NCBI GenBank assembly: GCA_046314355.1
Contig: JBKBWQ010000001.1
Location: 1 to 64,000 of the forward strand
Source of the DNA: Candidatus Altimarinota bacterium
Lineage (GTDB): Bacteria; Patescibacteriota; Gracilibacteria; 1-14-2-50-48-13
Direction: 5' to 3'
DNA: 64,000 bases
Shown: piece by piece, positions 36,488 through 47,081 of the stretch
Layout of the letters: each line of letters starts with the position of its first letter
Position numbering within the stretch: position 1 is the stretch's first letter
Program-made: the position numbers and the translations under genes
The notes under the pieces: generated by a model
Databases searched by the model: none
The model's input: the letters and a program-made list of their open reading frames with translations, nothing else
Told to the model about the DNA's origin: nothing

Positions 36488-39400
36488 ATGTACAAACAAC
36501 CAAATCCTAAGCAAAATTTTCCGTCGCTTGAAGAGGAAATCATCAAATTCTGGGAAAAGGAAAATATTTTTCAAAAATCCGTAAGTCAGCGTGATGCTGC
36601 AAATGAATATACATTTTATGACGGACCTCCCTTTGCGACGGGACTTCCTCACTATGGTCACATATTGGCGAGTACGATCAAAGATATGGTACCTCGTTAT
36701 TGGACGATGCGCGGAAAAAGAGTAGAAAGAAGATGGGGATGGGACTGTCATGGTCTTCCTGTGGAGTATGAAAAGGAAAAGGAATTAGGTATCAGCTCTA
36801 AAAAAGGTATCGAAGAATTCGGTATAGGAAACTTCAATGAAGCCTGCAGATCTACGGTGCTCCGCTATGCTCATGATTGGAAAAAATATGTTTCTCGTCT
36901 CGGAAGATGGGTAGATATGGACAATGATTACCGTACAATGGAGCCATGGTTTATGGAATCACTTTGGTGGGTATTTAAGGAATTATCAAAGAAAGATCTT
37001 GTCTACGAAGGTGAGAAAGTACTTCCATATTGTATACGATGTGCTACGGTGCTTTCCAACTTTGAAGCAACTCAGGGGTATGTAGATCGTCAGGACTCTT
37101 CTGTAACTGTAAAATTCCGCGCACGAGGTTTCCAGTTTACTGATGATACACCTATCTATTTCCTCGCCTGGACAACTACTCCTTGGACATTACCAAGCAA
37201 CCTAGCTCTCGTAGTAGGTCCAGATGTTACATATTCTTTGATAAAGGATCATGCTTCAGAGGAACTCTATATTCTTGGTGAAGAAGCTCTTGCTAGATAT
37301 TACAAAGTAAAGGACGGAGAAGAAGTGCCGTATACTGTGCTGAACACTTATAAAGGAAGTGAGCTTGAGGGTATACGGTATGAGCCGATATTTGATTACT
37401 TTAAAGAAAAAGAAGCTGAGGGTGCCTTCAAAGTATTTACAGCAGATTATGTAACTACAACAGATGGTACTGGTATAGTTCATCAGGCGCCATATGGTGA
37501 AGATGATCACAGACTTTTGACTGAAAAAGGAATAGGGATCGTACATGCGGTAGATGATTCTGGTATTTTCAAAGATGAAGTGACTGACTATAAAGGTCAG
37601 ACTATTTTTGAATCTAACAAGAAGATCCTCTCAGATCTGAAGGAAAAGGGAAAAGTGATCAGAATAGATACTACTATGCATAGTTATCCTCATTGCTGGA
37701 GATGTGATTCTCCGCTTATGTATATGCCTATTTCTACGTGGTTTGTAAAAACTACGCAGATCAAAGAAGACCTTTTGAGTAATAATAAAAAGATTACCTG
37801 GGTACCTTCAAATATCAAAGAAGGTCGTTTTGGAAAATGGCTTGAAAATGTCCGTGACTGGGCTGTATCTCGAAACCGTTATTGGGGTACACCTCTTCCT
37901 GTATGGAAATGTACAGACTGCAAACATGTGAAAGTGCTTGGAAGTGTAGAGGAACTCTTTAAGTCTGCACCTGGAAAGATTACTAAGCTCACTCTTGTAC
38001 GTCACGGTGAAGGGACTCACAATACTGCTCATGTGTGGAGCAGCAGTCTTGATGATACGTATTCGCTTACTGAAAAAGGAAAAGCTTCAGTGAAAGAAAC
38101 GGCAAGAAAATATCTTAAGCAGGCAACAACTATGTATGTTTCACCTCTTCACCGCACTCAGGAAACTGCTCAAGTCATCGTAGAAAATATTGATACATCT
38201 CCGAGGGTAACGATAGATGAGCGTTTGAGAGAAATGAGCTTTGGAGTATGGGAAGATAAAGATACAAGAGATCAGGATATACAAAAGGATCTGCAGGAAT
38301 GGAAAAATCATAAGCAGGATGGTAGCAGTTGGGATATCCCGAGATGCAGCGGTGCAGAATCCTATGCTGATCTTGAAAAAAGAGTTACATCCTTTTTAGA
38401 AGAAATTCTTGAAAAGCATAAAGGTGAAAGTGTAACTATTGTCTCTCATGGAGCTGTACTGCGGGTACTTACAAAACTAGTGAAAAGTCTTACTTCCCGT
38501 GAAGGTTTGTTAAAACTCAAAACACAGCCAACTGCCTCTGCTCAGAATTTATATATAGACACAACTACTGGAAAAGAATTTGATCTTCATAAACATTTTG
38601 TAGATGATATAGAAATCCCCTGTGATATGTGCGGATCACCTGCAAAGAGAATCCCCGAGGTCTTTGACTGCTGGTTTGAATCAGGATCTATGCCGTATGC
38701 TCAGAATCATTTTCCGTTTGAAAAAATGGAATACACTAAGAATAATTTCCCTGCGGATTTTATTGCTGAAGGACAAGATCAGACAAGAGGATGGTTTTAT
38801 ACACTACATGTCCTTGCTACCGCACTCTCAGATGGTAAGTCAGGTCTTGGGATGAGTAACCCTGCGTTCCAGAATGTAATCGTAAATGGAATCGTGCTCG
38901 CTGAGGATGGAAAAAAGATGTCAAAACGTCTCAAGAACTATCCTGATCCGATGCATATTTTTGAAACATACGGAGCGGATGCTCTTCGTTTCTATATGAT
39001 GAACTCTCCTGTAGTACAGGCTCAGGATCTCAGATTTTCTGAAAAGGGTGTAGGTGAGGTGGTAAAGACAGTGCTTCTTCCTCTTTGGAATACATATTCT
39101 TTCTTTGTAACCTATGCATCTCTTGATTCATGGACAGCAGAGACGCATGTCCAAAAGGGTGATTTGCATAAGTTGGATAGATGGATACTCTCTGAGCTCA
39201 ATACTATGATCAAAAACTATAACGCGCGAATGGAAGCGTATGATCTGAAGGGAGCAACAGATCTCATAACTGATTTCCTTGATAACCTTACAAACTGGTA
39301 TATCCGAAGATCTCGAAGACGTTTCTGGAAAAGCGAAAATGACAATGACAAATACGGTGCATATGCGACTCTTCACCAAGTGATTATAAAAGTGTGTCAG

Positions 39401-40249
39401 ATACTTGCTCCTGTTACACCGTTTATCACAGAGGAAATCTATAAGAATCTTGTACCAAATGCGCTCTCAGTACATCTTTCTGATTTTCCTGAAGTAGATG
39501 AAAAGGCAATTGATGAAGATCTTAATAAAGAAATGCATCTTACACGTCAGATAGTACAGCTTGGTCACTCTATACGTGCACGTGAAAAGGTAAAAGTACG
39601 TCAGCCTCTTTCAAAACTTGAAGTGGGACTTCCTGAGCATACACATGCAGAGTTCTTTGCAGATCAGTTGGAAGTCATTAAAGAAGAACTAAATGTAAAA
39701 GAACTTCACTTCGTACAGGATCCAAGTGAACTTGGTAAGCTTGTCGCAAGACCAAACGCCCGAGTACTTGGACCTCGTTTCGGAAAGGCAGTACAAGATA
39801 TCATTCGTGAAGCAAAGGCTGGAAATTTTGAAAAGCTTTCCAATGGAAATATCCTTGTTCTTGGTAATGAAATTACTCCTGATGAAGTGGAGTTAGGTTA
39901 TGAAAGTAAAGAAGGACTTTCCACTGAGAGTGAAGGAGGAATGGTAGTGGCGCTTGATACTTCTATTACACCTGAACTGAAGCTTGAGGGATATGCGCGG
40001 GACCTGATCCGACTGGTGCAGGATATGAGAAAAGAAGCAGATCTTCAGGTGTCAGACCGTATAGAAATCCACGTGAATTTTCTCAATGATCCGGACTTAC
40101 TTGAAGCACTTGAAACATTCAAGGAATATATCTGTAGGGAAACCCTTGCAACTCAGCTTCATATTGCTCATGAAGGTAAAAATCTTCTTCATCAAAAAGA
40201 GGTTGAACTAGAGGAAATAACCTTTATGATACGTATATGTAAAGCATAA
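36488..40249 (+). CDS. ileS: Isoleucine--tRNA ligase (type 2) with inserted histidine-phosphatase domain
   Basis: FYDGPPFATGLPHYGH, GWDCHGLP, KMSKR; internal LVRHGEG...SPL.RT.ETA...LRE..FG.WE...VSHG. Confidence 0.96.
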   Translation: MYKQPNPKQNFPSLEEEIIKFWEKENIFQKSVSQRDAANEYTFYDGPPFATGLPHYGHILASTIKDMVPRYWTMRGKRVERRWGWDCHGLPVEYEKEKELGISSKKGIEEFGIGNFNEACRSTVLRYAHDWKKYVSRLGRWVDMDNDYRTMEPWFMESLWWVFKELSKKDLVYEGEKVLPYCIRCATVLSNFEATQGYVDRQDSSVTVKFRARGFQFTDDTPIYFLAWTTTPWTLPSNLALVVGPDVTYSLIKDHASEELYILGEEALARYYKVKDGEEVPYTVLNTYKGSELEGIRYEPIFDYFKEKEAEGAFKVFTADYVTTTDGTGIVHQAPYGEDDHRLLTEKGIGIVHAVDDSGIFKDEVTDYKGQTIFESNKKILSDLKEKGKVIRIDTTMHSYPHCWRCDSPLMYMPISTWFVKTTQIKEDLLSNNKKITWVPSNIKEGRFGKWLENVRDWAVSRNRYWGTPLPVWKCTDCKHVKVLGSVEELFKSAPGKITKLTLVRHGEGTHNTAHVWSSSLDDTYSLTEKGKASVKETARKYLKQATTMYVSPLHRTQETAQVIVENIDTSPRVTIDERLREMSFGVWEDKDTRDQDIQKDLQEWKNHKQDGSSWDIPRCSGAESYADLEKRVTSFLEEILEKHKGESVTIVSHGAVLRVLTKLVKSLTSREGLLKLKTQPTASAQNLYIDTTTGKEFDLHKHFVDDIEIPCDMCGSPAKRIPEVFDCWFESGSMPYAQNHFPFEKMEYTKNNFPADFIAEGQDQTRGWFYTLHVLATALSDGKSGLGMSNPAFQNVIVNGIVLAEDGKKMSKRLKNYPDPMHIFETYGADALRFYMMNSPVVQAQDLRFSEKGVGEVVKTVLLPLWNTYSFFVTYASLDSWTAETHVQKGDLHKLDRWILSELNTMIKNYNARMEAYDLKGATDLITDFLDNLTNWYIRRSRRRFWKSENDNDKYGAYATLHQVIIKVCQILAPVTPFITEEIYKNLVPNALSVHLSDFPEVDEKAIDEDLNKEMHLTRQIVQLGHSIRAREKVKVRQPLSKLEVGLPEHTHAEFFADQLEVIKEELNVKELHFVQDPSELGKLVARPNARVLGPRFGKAVQDIIREAKAGNFEKLSNGNILVLGNEITPDEVELGYESKEGLSTESEGGMVVALDTSITPELKLEGYARDLIRLVQDMRKEADLQVSDRIEIHVNFLNDPDLLEALETFKEYICRETLATQLHIAHEGKNLLHQKEVELEEITFMIRICKA

Positions 40250-40257
40250 TTTCTTCC

Positions 40258-40497
40258 ATGATACAAGTAGGTCTCTTTATTATATGGGGTATAACACTTA
40301 TAAGCTGGCTGGTAATAAATATTCTTACCTACCGCCAGCTTATGACTGTCGTCGCTCTCCGCACTGAGACAAAATGGTGGTTTATTGCTCAAGTAGTATT
40401 TAGTCTTCTCTTTTTTATTATTGCATTTGCTTCGATTATTCTTATCGCACCATTACTGCAGACATCAGTACCAGTAAGGTCTGGTGAGTTTTTTTAA
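40258..40497 (+). CDS. Small two-TM membrane protein
   Basis: Two hydrophobic helices; tight spacing after ileS. Confidence 0.65.
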   Translation: MIQVGLFIIWGITLISWLVINILTYRQLMTVVALRTETKWWFIAQVVFSLLFFIIAFASIILIAPLLQTSVPVRSGEFF

Positions 40498-40524
40498 GAA
40501 ATCTTATTTTTTAATGCTACATCT

Positions 40525-42483
40525 ATGAAAAGCGCTCTGACATTCCTCAAAGTCTTTGGGTTATACTTCTTACTTTCTTGCGCTCTTCTGGGATTTTCAC
40601 CAATTTTGCTGCCTTTACTGCGTTTATTTTCCTTCGATCCATATCCTTCATATTCAGTAAATTTTATACACGGGATTATTCTTGTTGTAGCAGGAGCGCT
40701 GAGTGTAGGACTTGGATACTTGCTGTATGGAAAAAGCGTCAATGATGAAAAATTTGAAAAATATGCAACTTTCTGCGGAGTTGTCTTTATTTCTCTGTGT
40801 ATACAGGGATTAGTACAATTCTCCACTCCATTTTTTGCGGACTCAAATGATAGCTTCTATCATGCAAAGATGGCACAGATGATTTTAGATAATGGGATTG
40901 TACAGCAATTCCCATGGCTGTACTTTACTACGCTCAATCAGAATTTTGTTGATCACCACTTTCTTTTTCATGTGATTCTTATTCCATTTATCCAGATTGG
41001 AAAATTGTTTACACCTGGAGATGTGAATGCTGGGATCATTCTTGGTGCTAAATCGGCTATTGTACTTGCCATATCACTTTTTACAGGAGCTTTTTATCTT
41101 CTTCTTCATCATTTCAAAGTACGTATTTGGCCTGTTTGGATAATGCTTCTTCTCGCTGTACCGTATGATTTCTTCTTCCGTATGCACATGGTGCGTGTGC
41201 AGAGCATTTCTCTTCTTGTAATGCTGCTTGGACTCTGGGCATTATTTGAACAGAAATATAAACTCCTTGGAGTACTTTGTTTTCTCTATGTGACCCTTTA
41301 TGGAGGATTTTTCTTCCTTCCTATTTTTGTGGGTATATATTTTGTAGTACATTATATTAGAAATAGAGAGTTTTTATGGACGCCGCTGCTCTGGGCATTT
41401 GGAGGTATGGCACTTGGATTTCTTACAAGCCCATATATGCTTAAGACGCTCGGCTTTCTGCAGCAGCAGGTATTTGAAACAGGCCTTGGTTATGCGAAGA
41501 ATGATCTGAATGTAGGTGGAGAGTGGAGACCCTATGACACTTGGTATATTTTCCAAATGGGAATAGTAACTTTCACAGTACAGTTTCTAGCTATTACATG
41601 GGTATTTATAAAAGGACTAAAGCAGAATACTAAATCGATTACTGTATTTCTGATCTCACTCTTTTTCCTCATTCTGATGTGGAAGTCAAAGAGATTTGTA
41701 GAGTATTGGCCGGCATTTGCTATCCTCTCTTCTGCATATCTTCTGAGAGATGAGTTTACAAAGATATCTCTCAAGATTTCTCATCTTATTACGCTCACAG
41801 CGAGTTTTGCTGCTCTTGCATTGCTGGGTAACGTTGTTACTTCAAGCAAGATTTTTTCTCAGATATCTACGCAGCCTGGAAGTCCAGCGATGAAAGGTAT
41901 GTTTGCGGCGTTTATATTTATAGTACTTTTTGTGAGTATTGGTATTTTTCTCTACCAGGAGAATAAAAAGAAGGAACAAAAATATTCTGTCTTTGCAACT
42001 ACGGGATTGGCATTGGCTTTTGTCTTACTGCCTATGGTATCGTATCAGAACTTCCAGCTTGTAGAGCGTGATATCAGCTCAGAGACTCAGCCAAATCCGC
42101 AAAGTGCCTATATACGTGGGGCTGAAAATATTATGAATTGTATTTTAGTACAGGGGCAGGCTCAAAAGGGAGATATTGTTATGACCGATGACTGGGACGT
42201 GTTTCCTCTTTTCTTTTTCTATAATAGTGTAAATAACTATATTTTAGGACTGGATCCGGTATTTATGTATAAGCTGGATAAAAATCTTTATACGCAGTTT
42301 GCCAATATTACGATCGGAACGGAGCGCGATAATCTACCGGAGAAGATAAAGAATACCTTTAAGTCAAAGTTTATTGTTGTGGATAAATATCACAATAGTT
42401 TTAAGGGAAATATAGAAGAGTATCCTGATGCGTTTAAGAAGCTTTGTGATAATCCGGAGTTTACTGCATATAAGGTGCAGTAG
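40525..42483 (+). CDS. Polytopic membrane protein, probable GT-C fold glycosyltransferase
   Basis: More than 10 TM helices; DSNDSFYH loop; C-terminal soluble domain with TDDWD. Confidence 0.7.
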   Translation: MKSALTFLKVFGLYFLLSCALLGFSPILLPLLRLFSFDPYPSYSVNFIHGIILVVAGALSVGLGYLLYGKSVNDEKFEKYATFCGVVFISLCIQGLVQFSTPFFADSNDSFYHAKMAQMILDNGIVQQFPWLYFTTLNQNFVDHHFLFHVILIPFIQIGKLFTPGDVNAGIILGAKSAIVLAISLFTGAFYLLLHHFKVRIWPVWIMLLLAVPYDFFFRMHMVRVQSISLLVMLLGLWALFEQKYKLLGVLCFLYVTLYGGFFFLPIFVGIYFVVHYIRNREFLWTPLLWAFGGMALGFLTSPYMLKTLGFLQQQVFETGLGYAKNDLNVGGEWRPYDTWYIFQMGIVTFTVQFLAITWVFIKGLKQNTKSITVFLISLFFLILMWKSKRFVEYWPAFAILSSAYLLRDEFTKISLKISHLITLTASFAALALLGNVVTSSKIFSQISTQPGSPAMKGMFAAFIFIVLFVSIGIFLYQENKKKEQKYSVFATTGLALAFVLLPMVSYQNFQLVERDISSETQPNPQSAYIRGAENIMNCILVQGQAQKGDIVMTDDWDVFPLFFFYNSVNNYILGLDPVFMYKLDKNLYTQFANITIGTERDNLPEKIKNTFKSKFIVVDKYHNSFKGNIEEYPDAFKKLCDNPEFTAYKVQ

Positions 42484-42489
42484 GGCTTT

Positions 42490-42767
42490 TTCTTTTGTAA
42501 CCAAAAGAAACAAAAGTTTTGGGGGAGGAGAAAAGCGTCTAGCAGGATTCCGTGAGATCTACATGTGATCAGACGCTTCTCCTACCCCAAACCCCCAGGG
42601 ACGGTGAGGTCTAGATAAAGACTCGAGTTACTAGTTACTAGTGACTGTCACTAGCCACTAGTAACTATGCACCCTGACATGTAGCTGAGATACATGTCAG
42701 GGCTCGGGGAAGGCCTATGAGTGCCTATCCCCCTGAGAAGGGGGACCCAGGGGGGTTGAGCCCGAGA
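42490..42767. repeat. Mosaic palindromic intergenic repeat, copy 4 (diverged)
   Basis: Same stems with substituted loop and expanded actagt heptamer tract. Confidence 0.85.
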
Positions 42768-42984
42768 AAATATGAACTGCGGGATCCAAACACAAAAGTT
42801 TCGGAAATGCTTTCACTTAAGCCAAAAATAATAAAGAGTAATTTTATTGCGTCGCATTATGGTACTGCCCTTATTTCTGTCAATTCCTTTTCCCCGCATT
42901 TTCCATATATATCTGTAAAATAAATTGAGTTTCCTGTAAAAAGCAGGTACTATCTTTACCGTTCTATTCATATAACCCGATTGC

Positions 42985-45810
42985 ATGGCAGGACTTTTAC
43001 AAAAACTATTTGGGGATCCGAATGACAAAGAGATTAAGAGATTACGACCTACTGTTGATAAAATTAATACACTTGAAATAGATCTTCAGGCTCTCTCTGA
43101 AGAGGAGCTAAAAGCTAAGGTTGCTTCTTTTCAGGCTGACATAGCTGAGTACGTTGCTTCACAGAGAGAGAAAGTAGAGACTCTTGAAAAGAGACTTGAA
43201 GAGGATGAGGTTGTAGAGAATCTTGACCTAAAGAAAGAGATCAAGATGAAATATGATCATGAGTATGAGAAACTAAATACTATGTATCAGCAGAAACTTG
43301 ATGATATGCTTGTGGATGTATTTGCCGTTATCAAAAACGCTTGCCGAAGACTTGTGGGTACTACTTACGAGGTTCGTGGAAGCGAGGTTACGTGGAACAT
43401 TGTTCCGTTTGATGTACAGATGATTGGTGGAATGGTGCTGCATGCAGGTCGTATTTCAGAGATGCGTACGGGTGAAGGTAAGACCTTTGTGGCGACTTTC
43501 CCGGTTATTTTGAATGCTCTTACAGGTAGAGGAGTGCATCTGATTACAGTAAATGACTATCTTGCGCAGCGAGATGCTGAGTGGATGGCTCATCTTTATG
43601 AATATCTTGGTCTCTCTGTTGGTGTGATCCATGCGGGGATGTCTCTTGATCAGAAAAAGGAAGCGTACGCTAAAGATATTACTTATGGTACAAATAACGA
43701 GTTCGGATTCGATTATTTGAGAGATAACATGGCAGTAGATGTAGCTCAAATGGTACAGCGCGGACTGAACTTTGCGATTGTGGATGAGGTTGACTCAATC
43801 TTGATCGATGAAGCGCGTACACCTCTTATCATCTCTGCTCCGGCGGATGAATCCACTGATAAATATTATCAGTATGCAAAATTAGTAGACCAGCTCGAAG
43901 AAAATACTCACTACAATATTGATGAAAAACAGAAGACTGCCACTCTCAATGAAGTAGGTATTACCAAGATGGAGCAGCTTCTAGGAGTAGAAAACATCTA
44001 TACAGAAGGAGGCTTTAGAGAAGTGCATCATATGGAGCAGGCACTCAAGGCAAAGGCGTGTTTTCAGAAGGATGTGGACTATGTGGTGAGTCCTGAAAAT
44101 GAAATCGTAATCATTGATGAATTTACCGGACGTATGCTTGCAGGTAGACGGTACAGTGAAGGACTTCATCAAGCTATTGAAGCGAAGGAAAATGTAGAGG
44201 TACAGAGAGAGAGTATGACACTCGCAACAGTGACATTTCAGAATCTTTTCCGTCTTTACAACAAACTCGCGGGAATGACTGGTACAGCTATGACAGAGGC
44301 TGAGGAGTTTGGAAAAATCTATAAACTCGAAGTAATTGCAATCCCTACGAATAGAAATGTAATTCGTATTGATAAACCAGATGCTATCTTTGCTACGGAG
44401 AAGGGAAAGTATCAGGCGGTAGTAAATATAGTGAAAGAACGACATGAGAAGGGACAGCCGATTCTTATTGGTACTATTTCTATTGAGAAATCAGAAGCCT
44501 TAAGCCGAGAGCTTGAAAAAGCTGGAATACCGCATACCGTATTGAATGCAAAATTTCATGAACAGGAGGCGGAGATTGTAGCTAAAGCAGGTGAAAAAGG
44601 AGCGGTAACTATCGCGACTAATATGGCAGGACGAGGAACGGATATCAAACTTGGTGAAGGTGTTACGGATCTTGGCGGTCTCTGCATTATAGGTACTGAG
44701 CGACATGAATCACGACGTATTGATAATCAGCTCAGAGGACGAGCAGGACGACAGGGAGATCCTGGAGAAACACAGTTCTACGTGAGTATGGATGACGATC
44801 TTATGCGTATTTTCGGTGGAGATCGTATGAAGTCTATCATGCAGACCTTGAAGGTACCTGAAGATATGGCTATTGAAAACAGCATGATCTCTTCACAGAT
44901 TGAACAGGCACAGAAAAAAGTAGAAAACCACCACTTTGACACGCGAGAGCATATTGTAAAATATGATGATGTGATGAATAAGCATAGAGAAATTATTTAT
45001 GCTCGAAGAAGAAGAATTCTTAAGCATAAAAACCTTAAGGCAGAAGTAGTGGAGATTATCAAGCAGGAGGCGTCACGTTTAGTAATAGAACAGACTTCTA
45101 AGCCAGATGCTGCAGATTGGAATTATAAAGAGTTATCTGAAATTGTAAGTACACTTCATAAGGATGAAACAGCAGGAATGACTCCTGAGTCTCTTGAAGA
45201 TTCCTTTGGAAGAGATGCTATTATAGATAAGGTAACTGACTATCTTTTGAAAGCCTATCACGCAAAGGAAGCACTACTTCCAGATGCAGATACGATGAGA
45301 AGAGTGGAGCGTGGAATATATCTTAGAGCCATTGACGTACTTTGGATGGAGCACCTTGAAAATATGGTATATCTTCGTCAGGGAGTTGCTCTTCGAGGGT
45401 ATGGACAAAGAGATCCACTAGTGGAGTATAAATCAGAAGCATTCGTATACTTTGAGAAAATGCTCAGAGAGATTGATAAGAATGTAATGAATACACTCTT
45501 CCGTATGGATATGAACCAGTTTGTACCTCAGCCACAGGTAATCCAGCTAAATGCTGAATCTTCTGACCTTATCACAAATCAGTCAGAGATTGAAAAAAAT
45601 CTTACTGAAGAAGACATGACTGTCTATGACAATAAGGTAAGCATGGCAGGAATTCAGAAGAAACAGGTACAGGTCATCCAGGCAGGTAGTGGTGGAATGA
45701 GCTTTAAGACTGGTGAACCAAAGAAGAAAGCTGAAGAGCAGGGTAGAAATGATGACTGTAACTGCGGATCTGGGAAGAAATATAAGAAATGTCACGGAAA
45801 AACTGAGTAA
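42985..45810 (+). CDS. secA: Preprotein translocase subunit SecA
   Basis: EMRTGEGKT, VDEVDSILIDEARTPLIIS, ATNMAGRGTDI, C-terminal SEC-C GRNDDCNCGSGKKYKKCHG. Confidence 0.98.
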   Translation: MAGLLQKLFGDPNDKEIKRLRPTVDKINTLEIDLQALSEEELKAKVASFQADIAEYVASQREKVETLEKRLEEDEVVENLDLKKEIKMKYDHEYEKLNTMYQQKLDDMLVDVFAVIKNACRRLVGTTYEVRGSEVTWNIVPFDVQMIGGMVLHAGRISEMRTGEGKTFVATFPVILNALTGRGVHLITVNDYLAQRDAEWMAHLYEYLGLSVGVIHAGMSLDQKKEAYAKDITYGTNNEFGFDYLRDNMAVDVAQMVQRGLNFAIVDEVDSILIDEARTPLIISAPADESTDKYYQYAKLVDQLEENTHYNIDEKQKTATLNEVGITKMEQLLGVENIYTEGGFREVHHMEQALKAKACFQKDVDYVVSPENEIVIIDEFTGRMLAGRRYSEGLHQAIEAKENVEVQRESMTLATVTFQNLFRLYNKLAGMTGTAMTEAEEFGKIYKLEVIAIPTNRNVIRIDKPDAIFATEKGKYQAVVNIVKERHEKGQPILIGTISIEKSEALSRELEKAGIPHTVLNAKFHEQEAEIVAKAGEKGAVTIATNMAGRGTDIKLGEGVTDLGGLCIIGTERHESRRIDNQLRGRAGRQGDPGETQFYVSMDDDLMRIFGGDRMKSIMQTLKVPEDMAIENSMISSQIEQAQKKVENHHFDTREHIVKYDDVMNKHREIIYARRRRILKHKNLKAEVVEIIKQEASRLVIEQTSKPDAADWNYKELSEIVSTLHKDETAGMTPESLEDSFGRDAIIDKVTDYLLKAYHAKEALLPDADTMRRVERGIYLRAIDVLWMEHLENMVYLRQGVALRGYGQRDPLVEYKSEAFVYFEKMLREIDKNVMNTLFRMDMNQFVPQPQVIQLNAESSDLITNQSEIEKNLTEEDMTVYDNKVSMAGIQKKQVQVIQAGSGGMSFKTGEPKKKAEEQGRNDDCNCGSGKKYKKCHGKTE

Positions 45811-45874
45811 GAGTAAGAAACCCCTGGAATCTAGATGTCAGGGGTTTCTTTAATAATATCTTTTTTTTTGTTCT

Positions 45875-46402
45875 ATGGAATCAAGATGGCATTATGAACG
45901 CACTCCGGATAATAAAGCACGCTTTATCTTGGGTGAACCTGGAAATAAAACGCTAGTGTGTATAGGAGTAAACCCAAGTACAGCGGAACCTGAAAAGCTG
46001 GATAATACTTTGACTACGGTGCGTAGATATGCCTATAGCCTTGGATATGATTCTTGGATGATGCTCAATCTCTATCCTCAAAGAGCTACCAATCCAAATG
46101 ACATGCATATGGATATGAACCAGCTCTATCATTCATCAAATCTCGCAGCTATTGAGAAACTCTTCAAGGAGCGTGAGTGTGATATTTGGGCAGCATGGGG
46201 AACACTTATCAAAAAGAGAGAATATTTAACTAAGTGTCTGCTGGATATTCATGCTCTTTCAGTAAACTCAAAAGTGCAGTGGTATACAATTGGCAAACGT
46301 TCTATACAGGGACATCCTCACCATCCGTTATATTTAAAGAAAGACCTTACGATGGATATTTTTGATCTGGAAGAGTATATTGAGAGACTGATGAGAAACT
46401 GA
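45875..46402 (+). CDS. DUF1643 family protein
   Basis: IGVNPSTA...D.T, NLYP.RATNP, AAWG, G.PHHPLY. Confidence 0.88.
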   Translation: MESRWHYERTPDNKARFILGEPGNKTLVCIGVNPSTAEPEKLDNTLTTVRRYAYSLGYDSWMMLNLYPQRATNPNDMHMDMNQLYHSSNLAAIEKLFKERECDIWAAWGTLIKKREYLTKCLLDIHALSVNSKVQWYTIGKRSIQGHPHHPLYLKKDLTMDIFDLEEYIERLMRN

Positions 46403-46435
46403 TATACTAGTTTATTGTAAATAATCATCAACAAT

Positions 46436-46975
46436 ATGCATATTGTCCTCTCGTCGCTCGATTCAGACCTTGCTTCTATAGTAGAAAATGTAGCACACCG
46501 CTACGTAGATTTCGTAGACCGTTTTGAGATGGCGGATGAGTTTCTGAATGCACCTGATCTTCCTGTTACACCTGAATCTTTACTTTTAGCTGTCACACAA
46601 GGAGCGCAGTCTGCATGGAATATAGAGATCACACTTAGTGTTGCAGCTACACAAGGTATACTATCTCTTCCTGGAGAGGAGAATCATGCTTATCTGATTT
46701 CTGCTGCTGCTATTTTTGATGGAGAAGACACTTACGCAGTATTTGGACAATCAGTATTGCTCCCAAAAAATATAAGTGAACTTTTTTTGAAAAAAGGCTA
46801 TAGCATAGCCCAGGTAGAAGAAGTTTTTCCTACACTATTCTCAGCAACTGGAATGGAAGGAGATACGTACCTTGTCTCTCAGCTTACGAGAGGGTTGATG
46901 AGTTATGCTCAGTTTATGGAAAGCGCAGTATCAGGTGCTTTCATAGCATATATGAATAGAGATCGCTTTCAGTAA
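46436..46975 (+). CDS. Divergent YjjX-like (ITP/XTP phosphatase fold) protein
   Basis: GQSVLLP..I......G..I..V.......G....LT.G..S..Q....AV..A pattern; N-terminal NP.K and EGG motifs absent. Confidence 0.55.
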   Translation: MHIVLSSLDSDLASIVENVAHRYVDFVDRFEMADEFLNAPDLPVTPESLLLAVTQGAQSAWNIEITLSVAATQGILSLPGEENHAYLISAAAIFDGEDTYAVFGQSVLLPKNISELFLKKGYSIAQVEEVFPTLFSATGMEGDTYLVSQLTRGLMSYAQFMESAVSGAFIAYMNRDRFQ

Positions 46976-47081
46976 GCCCTTAAAAAGATCTGTACTTGAT
47001 ATAATAAAAAAATAATCTTTAACGCTATTGCATCTTTTTTTGGAAGGGATATAATCCGCCAAACTATTTCTCCAAGAATAT

